A program made the translations under genes and the position numbers. DNA of 64,000 nt from Epiperipatus broadwayi (Eukaryota; Animalia; Onychophora), in assembly GCA_028023455.1 (NCBI GenBank), contig JAQFVV010000005.1:11656001-11720000 (forward strand). Direction: 5' to 3'. The notes beneath the pieces are model-generated. The model saw nothing but the letters and a program-made list of their open reading frames with translations, had not been told where the DNA came from and searched no databases. Below are positions 26,571 through 39,567 of this stretch, one piece after another. Positions within the stretch are counted from its first letter, which is position 1, and the number at the start of each line of letters is the position of its first letter.

Positions 26571-28309
26571 AAACACCATAATAAAAGTGTACCCAAAATA
26601 CAAAAATGTACTTGCCACTTCTTCAATAGTTAATTTGGTTACACAATAATGTGTAAAATAAAGAAATAAATAAACAGCTATAAAACTATTTATCATGAAT
26701 GATCACTACCACCAATGGTAATCCTCAGCACAAAAATGAAAGTATCAGACTAATATTTTGACTTCAGAACAAATAATAACCAAAATAATGAAAACAAGAA
26801 ATAAGAATCCAAACATATCATATTTTTGATGAGACCAAATAGTATTTAAAATAAAAAATAGTTGAATAAAATTGCATTCAAATGGCAAAATACTACACAT
26901 TACAATCAAGGAATGGGTTTGGTATAAATTGATTGCTCTGGAATTTGTCAGGGAATTTTATTTGGGTGCACTGGATTTCTATTGTTCTTCTTTTGGAACC
27001 AAAATATGCCCCAATAAAAGTAAATTTTACAGAAATTCCAAACCACAGTGTAAATAGTGCTATAAGTGTTGTAAATGGAACAGCTGCAAAATTGTTGTCC
27101 ATCCATAATACAAGATTCATTATAAAAAGAAATGTAAACACAATGCCTGGGCAAAGGAACCTAGTAAGTAAAACATTTGATTTCCATTTTTCACCACCAA
27201 ATAGTTTATATAGCTGTGCTGAAATATACCCTGCTAGAGTTCCAATATAAACATATAAAGCCAAAGCACAAGTCATTAGAGCCTCTCTATTGGCTAGAGA
27301 CAGAAACAGGCAAAGACTAAGTTAATTAATGTCATTATTAAAACTCCATTTCCACCCAATACTGCTAAAAGTGTGTCATGTTTAGATGGTCTAAAAATAT
27401 CTCCATGAACTAATTTGCAATTAAATTCTTCTTGGGCATCTTCAGCGGAATCCATCTTGTTATATCTAGAAATATTTTTGTGCAGTGTCCTCAGCATAAT
27501 TATGGCAACCATTCCAGAAAGAAAGAACAATCATTAAAGAATTCATAATGCTAAACCAATGAATACTTGTTTATGATCATTTATAAACTGCTGGCACAAA
27601 GATAACAGAATAAGTATAAATGATAGAAAAGCTTTCCTTTGTTTTTCCAAAAAGAGTTTTAAATTTACAATTCTCACTACAAGCTTCAGGACCTGTGCAT
27701 TCATGATTAATGCTTTTAGGAGTTACTTTAATAGCAATTATTAAGCCCTTTTGTGCATCTAAAGGGTTTCCCCAATCTTCTTTTTTCCACTATGATATTG
27801 TATTTCCAAATCCACATGATTAAAAATATAGTAAGTATCCAGACTAAATGAAGTCAGAATGCAATACATAAGCTCTTTATGTAGACCATGTGAATTAACA
27901 TAATTCATTAGAAATCCTGTAAACAATACTGTACCCCACATTCGATAGGATAACACCAAGTAATTGACACATTGTCAATAATCCAATACTACTGATAGTT
28001 CATCTGCAGTCCCCTTTTAAGTTTAGCTAGCCTCATCTGATTCATGATCATTATTTTTGTAAGTCTTCTGACAAAAAGGTCACAGGTCTGATTTTTTACA
28101 AATATATTTGATAGCTTTATTCACTCTCCAAAAACTTCTTGACTAAGGTTCTCTACTGGAGAATGAGTTTCATCTATTGTACAAAAGCAAAGTGATGATA
28201 TTCATATGGTATTACTGATTCTTCAGAAAAATAAGTGAACTTTTAACTGATAGTGGTCAACCTTAGGTCTTTCCTCACAATAATTCACAAGTAATATTAC
28301 TAAAGCCAT
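26571..28309 (-). pseudogene. TM9SF2: Intronless TM9SF2-like (nonaspanin) pseudogene with stops, frameshifts and deletions
   Basis: [123 protein letters not shown]; no introns visible. Confidence 0.9.
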
Positions 28310-30099
28310 TGTATTTAACAGCAGAAAAATATAATGAAAAATTTGTAATGGATTTAGTGTTAGATAAGTTTATAATGCAGAACAATTTAACAAGTTATTT
28401 AATGATTCCTAACTTGTTTAAGCATATTGCTACGTATTCAAGAACAGCAATAAATCCAAAAGAAGATATTTTATGATAATGTAAAATTATTTTGAATCAA
28501 AGTCCAAATTTCACAGTGCTTACATGTAATTTTATTTGATTAAAAGAGTTTGAAATTTTTTTATTAACTATATTAATGGTATTGCATCTATAATTTAACC
28601 ATGATCAAACAGAATTAGTTTTTGTTAAGGAAGAAAAAACAAATGATAATTGAACATAGATAATTCATTAAGAAATAAAATACAGAATGTTATATAAGAG
28701 ATAATTGTGAACTATAATAATACAAGGCTGACAGAAACATTTCAGACAATCTTCTTTCATCAATTATTCCAAGCTCATTTTCATTAATCATCACATGTCA
28801 AAAAGCTCTTTGTATCAATAATTTCAATTATTGTGATCAAGTTGCAATCTTTAGTGTCTATATAAATATATTAAGTTGCCTTGACAACAGTTTGAAATTG
28901 TTGATTGTTGGTGATATTGGGATTGTCTAAGTGTTGACTGGCTTTTAACGATTTCTTACAAACCCATTCAGCCTTGAATGTTATTACACTTATATATATA
29001 TATATCTTAAATAGTGACATTTTAAAATTATATATGTATGAGCTTTTCAACAATATGCGAAAATTATATGAGAATTATGGCATGAGAGCCATAGTCTGTT
29101 TAGTATTTACACCTGGTAATTTTTAAAGTGTATCAAGTTTCTGTATATTTTGGTTTATGTTATTTAATATTTTTATGTTAACTAAATGAAATCCATTTCT
29201 AGTGCTTGCCATAAAAATAAAAGTTCTAAACATCTTACTTTAATTTTTTTCCTAATTTATTTTTAATATATAGTTGTTAATATATATATATTGTACCTAA
29301 CTAAAGTTTCCCTTAGTTTCAAAAGGAGCCAAAGGTTATCTTAGCTTAACCTTTGGTTTGAAATTGTCTGATTTTTTAAAAAAAAAAAAAATGATAAAAA
29401 TGAAAATTAAATTAGTTAATGACTAAACTAGGATAATCTTGAATTGATTGTAATCATTATTGTATATTATGGAATTATGTCTAAGTATTTGAAAAAAAGA
29501 TATATGAGTTAGGTTGATAAGAAATGCTAAATAATAATTTTAATTCTAAAAAAAAAAAGGAAAGATATCAGAAATAGTTGTCAATTTGTAAGTAATATTA
29601 AATGTATTCTAAAATAACTATCGTATAATCTATTCTAATGTTTAAAGAATAATAATACGATATTATTATTAAGTTGGAATAAGTAAGTAATAAATTTTAA
29701 AAAAAATGATATGTAAGTTTTTATTGAAAAAAATAAGAATATTTGTTGTTAGTTTTTGTAGCTTAACATTCAGTTATAAAAGTTATTTAGATTAGATAGT
29801 CATCAACATTTTATTGTTGTAATTCTAAAAATAACTTTAAACAATTAATGTAATGCTAGACGTGTGTGAGAAAATTTCCATGTAAAGACATGGAAACATA
29901 AAAAAATAATTTAATTCCAATATTATTTAAAATAAATAAATAAAACAGATGTGTGGATAAAATCATTTCAATGAAATATTAGGGGTTTAATAAAGAGTAT
30001 AACTTTAAATTTTATATTTATTACTATGGGTTGGATAAAATATTTAAAAAAAAAAAAATATTGTATAATATTTGTTAATAATAAAATTTTGATTTCTAG

Positions 30100-31700
30100 C
30101 TGAAGGTCACGTGGTATAAGAAAATTATATTGATTACGTCATTAGATCGATTCTACAGCTAGTTTGTTGGAATATTTAAATTTAATAAAAAATAGTTTTT
30201 ATCGGTTTTTAAATAAACTATAGGGGAGGGGGTGAAAAATTGTGAGATAAACGGAAGATCTAAAGGGTTATTCAGTTGCTGATCTGTTTTTAATTCTACC
30301 TGTGGGTGAATCTTAAAAGTTCTTTAACAAAAAGTAAATTTTTAAAACTTTATATTTTTAAAAAAAATAAAAGTATGTTTAAAATAATTATTTAAAATCA
30401 TCTTACAATGGTAATTCCATTTCCTGACAAGTTTTTCGTTCCAGTTGAGGCATTAAAATTTACGGTAAAATGTTTGCAGAAAAAAGATAGTGTCTCATAT
30501 TTCATTTTTTTTTTTTTATCTATTTATTTTTCTTTATTTAGAAGTAAAACTTAAATTATTAAGTATTGTTATGGCTAAAGACTTTATTGCACTAAATTAT
30601 AGTATATCTCCTATCAAATTAAAAATACACGTGAAGAAGAAATTAAAAAAAAAAAAGACATTCAAATATTTTAAAATATTAAAATGGAAATGCATCAGCG
30701 TCTTTATAAATTAAAATTGACGTTAAATTTAATACTGCCTTATTAATACATGTAAATATGCTCTTAACAAAATAATATTTCAGAGGAAAATATGTATTTT
30801 AAGATACTAATTCTCATTTATGCTAGTAGTATGAAAAGAATTTGTTTGAGAGCAAAACTTTAAAAGAATTTAAAAATATTATTAATGAACTTCTCTCTAT
30901 CAGATGCATAATGTTTTGTTATAATTGCCAGTACTTATAAGCAACTTTATGACCGTTGATCTTAGTTCATTAAACAAGGAGCGTCCTTAATTATAAACCA
31001 AGTCTACTCTTATGTTTAAAAATAAATAAAAGGAAATTTGTTTTTTTAAAAAAATACATTTTTAAATATTAAGAAACGTTTTTAAAAAAAAGGAGCTCTA
31101 TTTAAAAAAAAATGCATTTATCTAAAGAAGAAAAGTGGAAGTTAACTAATTAGATATATTATTATTATTCCGCATTTGAACCTAGGATTATAAATATAAA
31201 AAAATATGTACTCAGCTGAAGAATTTGTTTTCAACGCCGGCTTATTATACTTATGCTTATTATACTTATGCTACTCAGCTGAATAATTTATTTTCCAGTG
31301 CCAACTTATGTTTATGCTTATGTTTTATTATTCTAATATTTAAAATTATCTTTAAAGATAAAAGAAAGTGGAAGTGTTTATATAAAGAACTACTGAACAT
31401 TTTTGTTTGGAAATGATTGCCATGTATATAAATGTATTAGTTGAAGCTTCGAATTTAAATAGATATCTAAACCTGGATAAATTGTCTACACATTATGAAA
31501 TGGAAAAATCATCACGGAGCCGAAATATGAACTTAAGTTAATGTATTATTTTTTTTTATTGTTTGTTTTATTGGTTAAAAAAAAAATGAAACCATAAAAA
31601 TATTTATGCTATTAAATTTTTATGTAACACTTTTTGGCATAAATATACAGGTAAACTAGGGTTATAACTTTAAAACGAAATAGGTTTATTTGAATTAGCA
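30100..31700. promoter_or_regulatory. CpG-retaining AT-rich island with E-box and CRE-like sites
   Basis: About 20 CpGs; GTCACGTG (CACGTG at 30108-30113), TTACGTCA (~30134-30141). Confidence 0.35.
31209..31330 (+). repeat. Short tandem duplication (~63 bp x2) with internal ttattatacttatgc x2
   Basis: tactcagctgaa(g/t)aattt repeated. Confidence 0.6.
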
Positions 31701-32199
31701 AATGTTTCTTGCCATTCTTAAGTAGATTTAGTTTATTCATCAAGCATTACACTAGTTAGTTTCTATTTAATAATTTTATTATAGAGATTTAAATATCACA
31801 GTCTTATTTTCATATAAATGGGATGTTTTATTCTATTTTTATTTTAAACTTATTAAAGAAGTTTATCAGAGAATATCCATTCATTTGTTTTATGAATGTT
31901 ATATTAAGAATAATTACAAATATTTTATATTCATCGAGAAGTAAATATCCTTGCATTTAATTTACAATTTTAAAAGTCCACTAGTTACTATATTTTTAGC
32001 ATTTAATATTTTGTTATGTGTGCATTGTGCCTTGCCTAGAATTTATATGCATTTAAGTTTAAAGTATTTTCTACAGTAGTCAGTTGACACATAATTTGCT
32101 TTGTTGGTTCGAATATTGGATATACGTTTTGTATTTTATAAATTTCTTGGAAATAACTTAGTTAGTTTAAGTGAAGTATATATCTTGCTATTAGTTAGA

Positions 32200-34250
32200 A
32201 TTTGGTAACCTCAAGAATTAGTCTTAGTTCATAATTTTTGAATATGTTTATGGAGTCGAGAGTATCCTCCATCCTTATTGTAATGTGATTCCATGATTTG
32301 ATAGTGCTTGTCCCCAAAAGAGGGTTATTATATTGTATTTTTCAGTGATGATAATCACATTCATAAGCATTGAAAATCCCATGAGAGAGGATTGTGCTTT
32401 TCTGGTGGGTGTTCCTGTTCCCAGATGTACTGAAGATAAATTCCAGACATCGTTATTTTTGCCTTGAAGTTAGATATTTTTGGAAGCCACCATATTCTTT
32501 TCCAGCTCTGAGGAGCCTAGTATCTTTATATTTTTGCCTATCATTCATGATGACTTAATGCTAATTCCACCACAGTAGATGATGTTGCATTTGTTTTAGA
32601 TTTGTGATGACAAGATGTGCTTGTTTGAGGAAATGTATTTCTTCAGGTAGTTGTAGCTAATTTAAGGCTCATAGGTATATCAATGTTTGAATTGTGTTGC
32701 TATGATAGTTTTATCACACACAAGCTAACCAACAATAAGTTATATTTATTTTAAAGTATATTAAATATGCATATGGTATAAGTGGCAATTCACACATAAT
32801 AATTTAATATTTTCATCCAGAATTTCGCCGCTGGATTTGTAAGTCTGTTACATCATCTTTAAAACATTGAAGGAATAATTTTATGTGGACTAAAGTTATT
32901 TTAAAAAAGTATAACTGATCTCTGATGAATGATTGTCCCATATACTTAGTTTAATTTTAGTATTAGCTTAATCTGATTTAAAGATATATCTAGCTGTGAT
33001 ATTAGTTATATCCGTGAAACTAGTGATGATATTTTCAAAAAGTATTGTTGAATATGCTTACTCCAACTTAGCGTTTGTTAAGTTGAGGAGTATAAAATTA
33101 AGCTTAGGGTTTTCAATATAAACATAGTTCTGTGTATCATTCTGATTAGTAGATGACACAATAATGTTATTAATTAGTCCAAATAATTATATAAAATCTT
33201 AGTGCGGTATTGGCACTATTTGTATTCCACTATATTTATAAACATTTCTTCTCATTATTAATAAATCAAATTATTATTATTTCAAAAGCATTGTTTGTTT
33301 GTTTTACTTTTATATGAAAATCTTCAATTCAGAAATTTACAAGTATATTCTAATTTAATTAAATATAGTTGATATTATCTTGAAAATTAACAAGCTATGT
33401 TAAAGTAAATGATTCTCATATTGAATCACAAATACAGATAATTGCATTATAGCAGATACATAATTAAATACTTAATTAAAAGTTTATTTTTTTAAAATTA
33501 TCAGTATATCTTTTCAGACTAAAGATTATGCAATATCAGATTAACAATATTGGTACTTTAGAAGAATATTTTAATTAATATTATTTTAAAAGCTGCACAT
33601 TATCTTATCTTATATTTATTGCACACCATCTATCATCATCTTAAATCTTATATATTTAAAGAATTCTAATCCATTTGCATTTGAGGTCTTTAGTGGTTGT
33701 CTGTGAGTATGGAAAGGCATTAAAAGTACCCTTGCTCTTTTCTTTTCTCAAGTAATATCTTAGATAATAGGCCATTATTAGTTTAAACTCAAATTGATTC
33801 ACTAAATTTTGTGAATTAATATTTGTTTCATTTATGATTTTAAGATTGAACATATTATAATTATTTTATGGTCAACTAAGATGTCACTTATTTATTTATT
33901 AATCACAGTAATTCTTTATTAGGCAACTTAACTTAAACATTAATTTTGAACAAGAGTTTTAGTTTAAAATCCCTGAGATTATCTACTCTTGTTGTTTTAG
34001 TAAATCTAATTCTATAAGATATTTTAAAGCAAAGCATCATAGGTCTTATTCAGAGATTGTATGATCTATTGGTAGGACTAATATGGTAAGCATTGATTAG
34101 TGATTTTAGATAATCTTTTGTGTGGTTTATTAAAATATCAATATGCCGTAGTAGTTATAGTTTATCAGTATTGGATTTGACCTTTATTTGATTATATATC
34201 TCTGGATCATCATCTCTTTTCTTTAAATTTATTATAACCCCACTGAGCCG
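32200..34250 (-). mobile_element. Very decayed CR1/L2-like LINE
   Basis: Endonuclease-like LINAYHISP and DDPDI motifs near 34060-34220; C-terminal STIKSWNHI-like motif near 32290. Confidence 0.35.
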
Positions 34251-34252
34251 AG

Positions 34253-34710
34253 TTGTTTAGAGTCTCTCTAATTTATAGTTCATTTCTCTCTCTATTATAT
34301 ATACCATTTCTATTATTTTTCCCATTTCTTTTCCCTCTCAATTCTTCTCTTTTCCATCATTTATTTATCTTTACCATTATCATTATCTCCATTTCATCTT
34401 TATCATTATCTCTCCTTTTATTTCTTTTCCTCTTTTATTCCATTTTCTTCTTATCTCTTTCTCTCTCTATCTCTTTAGGTTACAATTTATCTTTGTTATT
34501 ATCATTACCTCCATTTATTTTCCTTCTTTTCTCTTCTCTCTTATCTATCTCTTATTTTGTTAGGTTACAATTGGCCGCTCTCATTTCAATTTCATCATTT
34601 ATCTTTATCACTATTTAGCATTATTTCTTTTCTTCCCCATCTCTCATTTCTTTATTAGCATTATCTCTTCTTCATTTCATTTCTCTCTCTCCATTTCATA
34701 AGGTTACAAT
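34253..34710. repeat. Pyrimidine-rich (plus strand) low-complexity tract punctuated by aggttacaat x3
   Basis: Almost no G on plus strand; motif at 34476, 34561 and 34700. Confidence 0.8.
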
Positions 34711-35659
34711 ATATATATATATTCAATTTATAGAAACTGGAATATGCTATTCTAGATATGTTAAAATATTAATAAAAAAGAAAAGGGTTATCAAGAGAGA
34801 TAATAAAATTTAGATTTAGAAGTTCTAAATTGGATTAAAATTATTTAAGAAGGAAATTTGTCTAATACTTTACCCTTTAAGATGACACAAAAGAGATTTT
34901 ATAAAAAAATAGTTAAAGGAATATTTCATTCTAAGGTAATTAAATTAGAACAAATCAATAAAGTATGCATATGGTAGATTACATTAAAGTGTGACTAATA
35001 AAAAGACTAATATATTGTTTGACAAGTGAGTAATTAGAGATGCAAACACATGGATAAAAAAGATTTAGTTGGGATCCAAATGAATTCTTCAGTTGGCCAG
35101 TCAGTATCATCTAGTCAACTGTTGCCAGAGATCCCATTCTTGATTATAAGAAAAAACAACTGAGAAAGAACATTAAGTAAGGAATTACAGATCAATGAAT
35201 AATACTATTTTAGTTATTGAGATGTAGAAAATGGTATGATAAGTGCTTCCAAGTAAAGTATGTGTTGTTATTCAATGAAAAAAATGTAAATTCACCATAT
35301 ATATATATATAATTATTTATGGATGAATAATATATAGTTTTAAGTTAATTAATGACCTATTCACGTACTAAAATATGAGAGTTCTATGTTTTTCCTAATT
35401 TTAAACTCATATCTTGTAATATAGTAATTATTATTTTAATTTAAAATATTTACTTTTTTGGGGGGTGATTAATAATTTAACTTTAAATATATCATATATT
35501 GGAAGTTTAAAAAGACTTTATCACAATATAATTATTTACTTTGTTTATATTATAAAGAACTAGATTCATCTTATATATGTATTTTTATTTATTTATAAAA
35601 GATATATTTATTAATTTAGTAAACAATTATATTATTTAGTATTCCAATTATAATCAAAT

Positions 35660-36405
35660 ATATATATAATTCTTCGAAAAGCAATACAATAATTAATACA
35701 GTAAACAATCTTTTAAAAACAAATATCTACTATAATTCAATAGAAGTACTTTCAACTAACTACGTAGTCATTATCAACTATATTCAAATTCGATTACAAA
35801 AAACCGTTATAAATGTATACAAAAACAATTATGTCATACATCAATTTTCCCACAATTCATTCATTTTTATGTTAGCAGCATGTCTATTTATCAAATGCTG
35901 CTTTCCATTTCTTATTAACATAGCTTCTTTAATTTTACATAATTGTTTTTATATAGGGTATATGAGTACAGACTTTCACACAACCCACCACTTTCCAGTC
36001 TATCTAATAACACTGATACACTCAAGCACATATAATCTGGACCAACTGATGATTGCTGGTTTAGCATGAAATACGTATATTGGCGATTATTTATCTTTTC
36101 AGCATATATGTGCTTGAGTGTATCAGTGTTATTATATAGACTGGAAAGTGGTGGGTTGTGTGAAAGTCTGTGCTCATATACCCTATATATTACATATATA
36201 GACACAGATGTATATATAATAAGCCTGTGTTTCAGTTATAATTGTTTTTGTATACATTTATAACAGTTTTTTGTAATCAAATTTGAATATAGTTGATAAC
36301 AACTACTTAGATAGTTGAAAGTACTTCTATTAAATTATAGTAGATATTTGTTTTTAAAATATTGTTTACTGTATTAATTATTGTATTGTTTTTTGAAGAA
36401 TTATA
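35660..36405. mobile_element. About 745-bp palindromic PLE pseudo-LTR-like element, family A
   Basis: Outer arms 35660-35833 / 36236-36405, inner arms ~35945-36033 / 36103-36190, ~70-nt spacer holding a hammerhead fold. Confidence 0.85.
36042..36083 (+). ncRNA. Minimal type-I hammerhead candidate, family A (best copy); predicted cleavage after 36079
   Basis: ccaa CUGAUGA u ugcu gguuu agca u GAAA u ACGU a UA uugg; canonical core, palindromic ACGU loop, U-U mismatch at the base of stem II. Confidence 0.7.
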
Positions 36406-37469
36406 TTTATTAATTATATAAGATATATATATCTTAAACTTATATTTTGGAAAGTATGAATGTCCTGCAACATAATTTGTGATATATAAACATATATGTT
36501 TTGTATGTGTTATTGAATAATTGCATATTATTAGAGATAGTTGTTACTATTTCAAAATGTTATATGCTAATTATTTGTTTACTTGCTGTAGATAGCCTTT
36601 TGATAAACCAGAAATTAATTTGGGGATGTAGATGTAGCATTACTACTTAATGACCATTTATAATTCAAAATTATAATAGATGGTTCTGGATTGCTTTTAA
36701 AATCATATTTTGAATGTTAATAAGTTGACTTGGGCTCAAAATCTTAGGGTGCTTTTAAATTTTAGACTATTATCTTGATAAGATAAAAGAGTTAACAGTG
36801 TCTGTGGGCCTGATGATTGTGATTTATTCATTAATGGAATTTGATTTTAATATTTATTATATCATGTATGACATCAATTATATTAATTAATTATTAAATC
36901 TAATTTATTTTTATTAAAATTAATTCACTAAACTAAATTCTCGAGACTTGTATTTCACACAAAAAGTCAGCTCAATTCTAAAAACTAAGGGTAATTGTTA
37001 ATCCTTATCTATTACTATTCCTTGTTGGAGGACTGTAGGAAAACCTTTTTTGTTTTACATTAGTCTCTGGAATATTTTTTGACCTATAAAGTAGCAATTT
37101 TTTTTTTTGTGTAATAATCTGTACAGAAACATGTCATATACCTTCTTAGTTATCTCTAGGCATTTTAAGAAACTTTTGTCAAAATGAAACAATTAGATTC
37201 TAAACGCATAGTTTAAAGACAAGATTTATCAGTTTTACATATGTGTAAAAATCACAATAGCTTTAAAAGAATGAATGAAAGGTATTCTCAAAGCATTAAT
37301 CTCTTTATTTGAAAGTGAATTAACTATACAAATTTTCTACAAATATGCAGTAATAATTATGCCCATTAATTATAAATTTGTTAGGAATGATATAGCTGCA
37401 GATCTGCTATTTAATTATATTAAAAAAATACCAATTAAATAACCTCATTTAAGAAAGTGCAGTAATGCT

Positions 37470-38520
37470 GTTATTAACTATATAGCAAACTGAACGATCA
37501 TTTTGTGAAGTTATAAAATTCTATGAATCCTATGTAGACTATTAAATATACACTTATTTAAAGAAAGGTCGTTAAACTTTTGCATCAGAAAATATCAAAT
37601 TATTTACTGATATCAAAGTTACAAAATTAAATATGAAATTTTAATTTTGAGTTAATAAACTCCAAAAGTTAGTCACTCTTGTTCCCCAATGACAATTGGT
37701 TTATTTTTTACTTTCCGTTAGAGGGTGCAACATATGAAAAGCAAAAAAATAACAGGCAAGCTTACCATGAAAATTCACAAAACGTATCGAACTAAATTAA
37801 AAAAAGAAAAAATACTTTTTATTGTAAATATATACTTTTTCGAATTTAGATAACTTTATATTGCCTTTCTTACTTACTCTTGGAATATATTTTTATTTAT
37901 GTCTTACAAAAATGATATTATAGGGCTGTCGACATAACGTTAGATTATTGAATCAATCATTATTAACATTGCATTCTATTCAAAATAAAGCAAAATATTC
38001 ACTCTTTAATAAAATTTTATTTGTTGCCAAAATTTAGTGTGACAAGTTTATATTTACTTCAAGTCGTATTTTAATGTAATTGTTTAGTATAGAGGTAAAA
38101 TTTTGGGTACTTTTGTTTGCATGATTGATTTAATTGGAGACTACTTTTGATGAGTTCTGATATTCTTTGAATTTTTTCAGAATATTCACACGCATAGGTA
38201 AAGATGATTTGCATTGATCTTTAAGGCCAGACGTTTTATCAATAAACTTTGCTGATTGAATTTAAACGAAATGTTATTGACGTGCATTACGTAATTCAAT
38301 GAGTAAAGGTAAGTAATTGTTAAAAAATTAAGCTTGTATAAATAACGGGAAAGAGTAATCTTTTAGACTCAAATAAATGTATAGCGTTCAAAGTTAATTA
38401 AAAATATATAAGTTAGAAAAACATAAAGAGTACTTACATTTTATATTCTTAAAAAAAAACAACAGGATATTAGTTAAATCTAAGAAAATTTATATATATA
38501 TAATCACTAAACATCACACG
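37470..38520. promoter_or_regulatory. CpG-retaining island with CTCF-like motif
   Basis: About 17 CpGs in 1 kb; CCGTTAGAGGGTGCAA at 37715-37730. Confidence 0.3.
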
Positions 38521-38530
38521 ATAACCATTT

Positions 38531-39132
38531 TACAAGCTAGAAACTAGTCTGGGGGTATTGGATGAGTAGGTATTAGATAGGGATTTTATGCACAAACCTT
38601 GCATCCATTTATTACTCTGGCTTGTACTGAATGGTGCTACTGCATGGAGAGTTTAGCCTCTGTGTAAACAGCTTGTGTAAGCATAAAGAATGGTGATCAT
38701 GTGCTTAGTGGTTTAATATCAATCCTGCTTAATAGGATTATGGTTCCGGTGGTTATTGAAGAATTAAAGACACCAAAAAGTATGACTGCTGAACCGAGTT
38801 CAGATTTATACAAGCTAATGAACTTGAAAACATTATTGTGTTTTCATTTTGGACTCTAAGCCTTATAGTTAGCTAACAAGGTAAAAGTTGGCTGCTGGAG
38901 GGTTGCATTAGATCCTAAGATCTAGGTGTAGTGCTCTCAGATCCAAGGCTTCTCAGCAATAAAAGCCACTAGCTAGAAACTAGTTTGGGGATATTAGATG
39001 ACTAGGCACTAGATAGGGATTTTATGCACAACCTTGCATCCAGTGATTACTTTGGCTTGCACTGAGTGGCGCTTCCAGTGATTACTTTGGCTTGCACTGA
39101 GTGGCACTATTGTATGGAGAATTTGGCCTCTG
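38531..39132 (+). mobile_element. Family C tandem pseudo-LTR (about 1.4 units, 436-nt period)
   Basis: agctagaaactagt.tgggg...gatagggattttatgcacaa...tatggaga repeated at 38535 and 38971; internal 35-bp tandem duplication ~39040-39110. Confidence 0.8.
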
Positions 39133-39445
39133 AATATATATATATTTTCATTAAATTGAGAGAAATAAAGCTTTTTAAAATATTGGGGGTAAAAAAAAAC
39201 TTCTTAGGTAAGTGCATTATTAGATATGAAAAAATTGTAGGATATTTTGTAACAAATCAATTATTTCTTTATTACAATGCTTGTGAGTTTTCAATGTGTG
39301 TGTGTATGGAAGACCGGAGGTGTTCATAGATAAATAAAAATAGCAATTCAGTGGAAGCAGTGTAGCTTTAAGGTAATTTTTTTTTCCAATCATGGTTGCC
39401 CTCTTCTTCCATAGCGTAAGCTTGTGGTTAAAACACCTGTAGAGG

Positions 39446-39567
39446 TCCCTAATATCGCATTTATACACACATTATCGAGGTTATAGCCTCAGTAAATATT
39501 ACTTACGTAATCAATGTGCGTTTAATAAATTTATAATTATTACTAATAATAGAATTGTATTGTATTT
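39446..39567 (+). repeat. Dispersed repeat, collinear partner of 25415-25526
   Basis: See 25415-25526. Confidence 0.7.

Noticed and set aside
34253-34618. 121-aa hydrophobic ORF
   Set aside because: An artefact of the C/T-rich low-complexity tract.
35075-35100. Minus-strand ccaa CUGAAGA auucau uugg, resembling family A
   Set aside because: Stem II, GAAA and helix III are absent.
39398-39450. Three-way-junction-like fold (cctct/agagg, agc/gct, gtg/cac)
   Set aside because: Junction bases do not match a hammerhead core on either strand.
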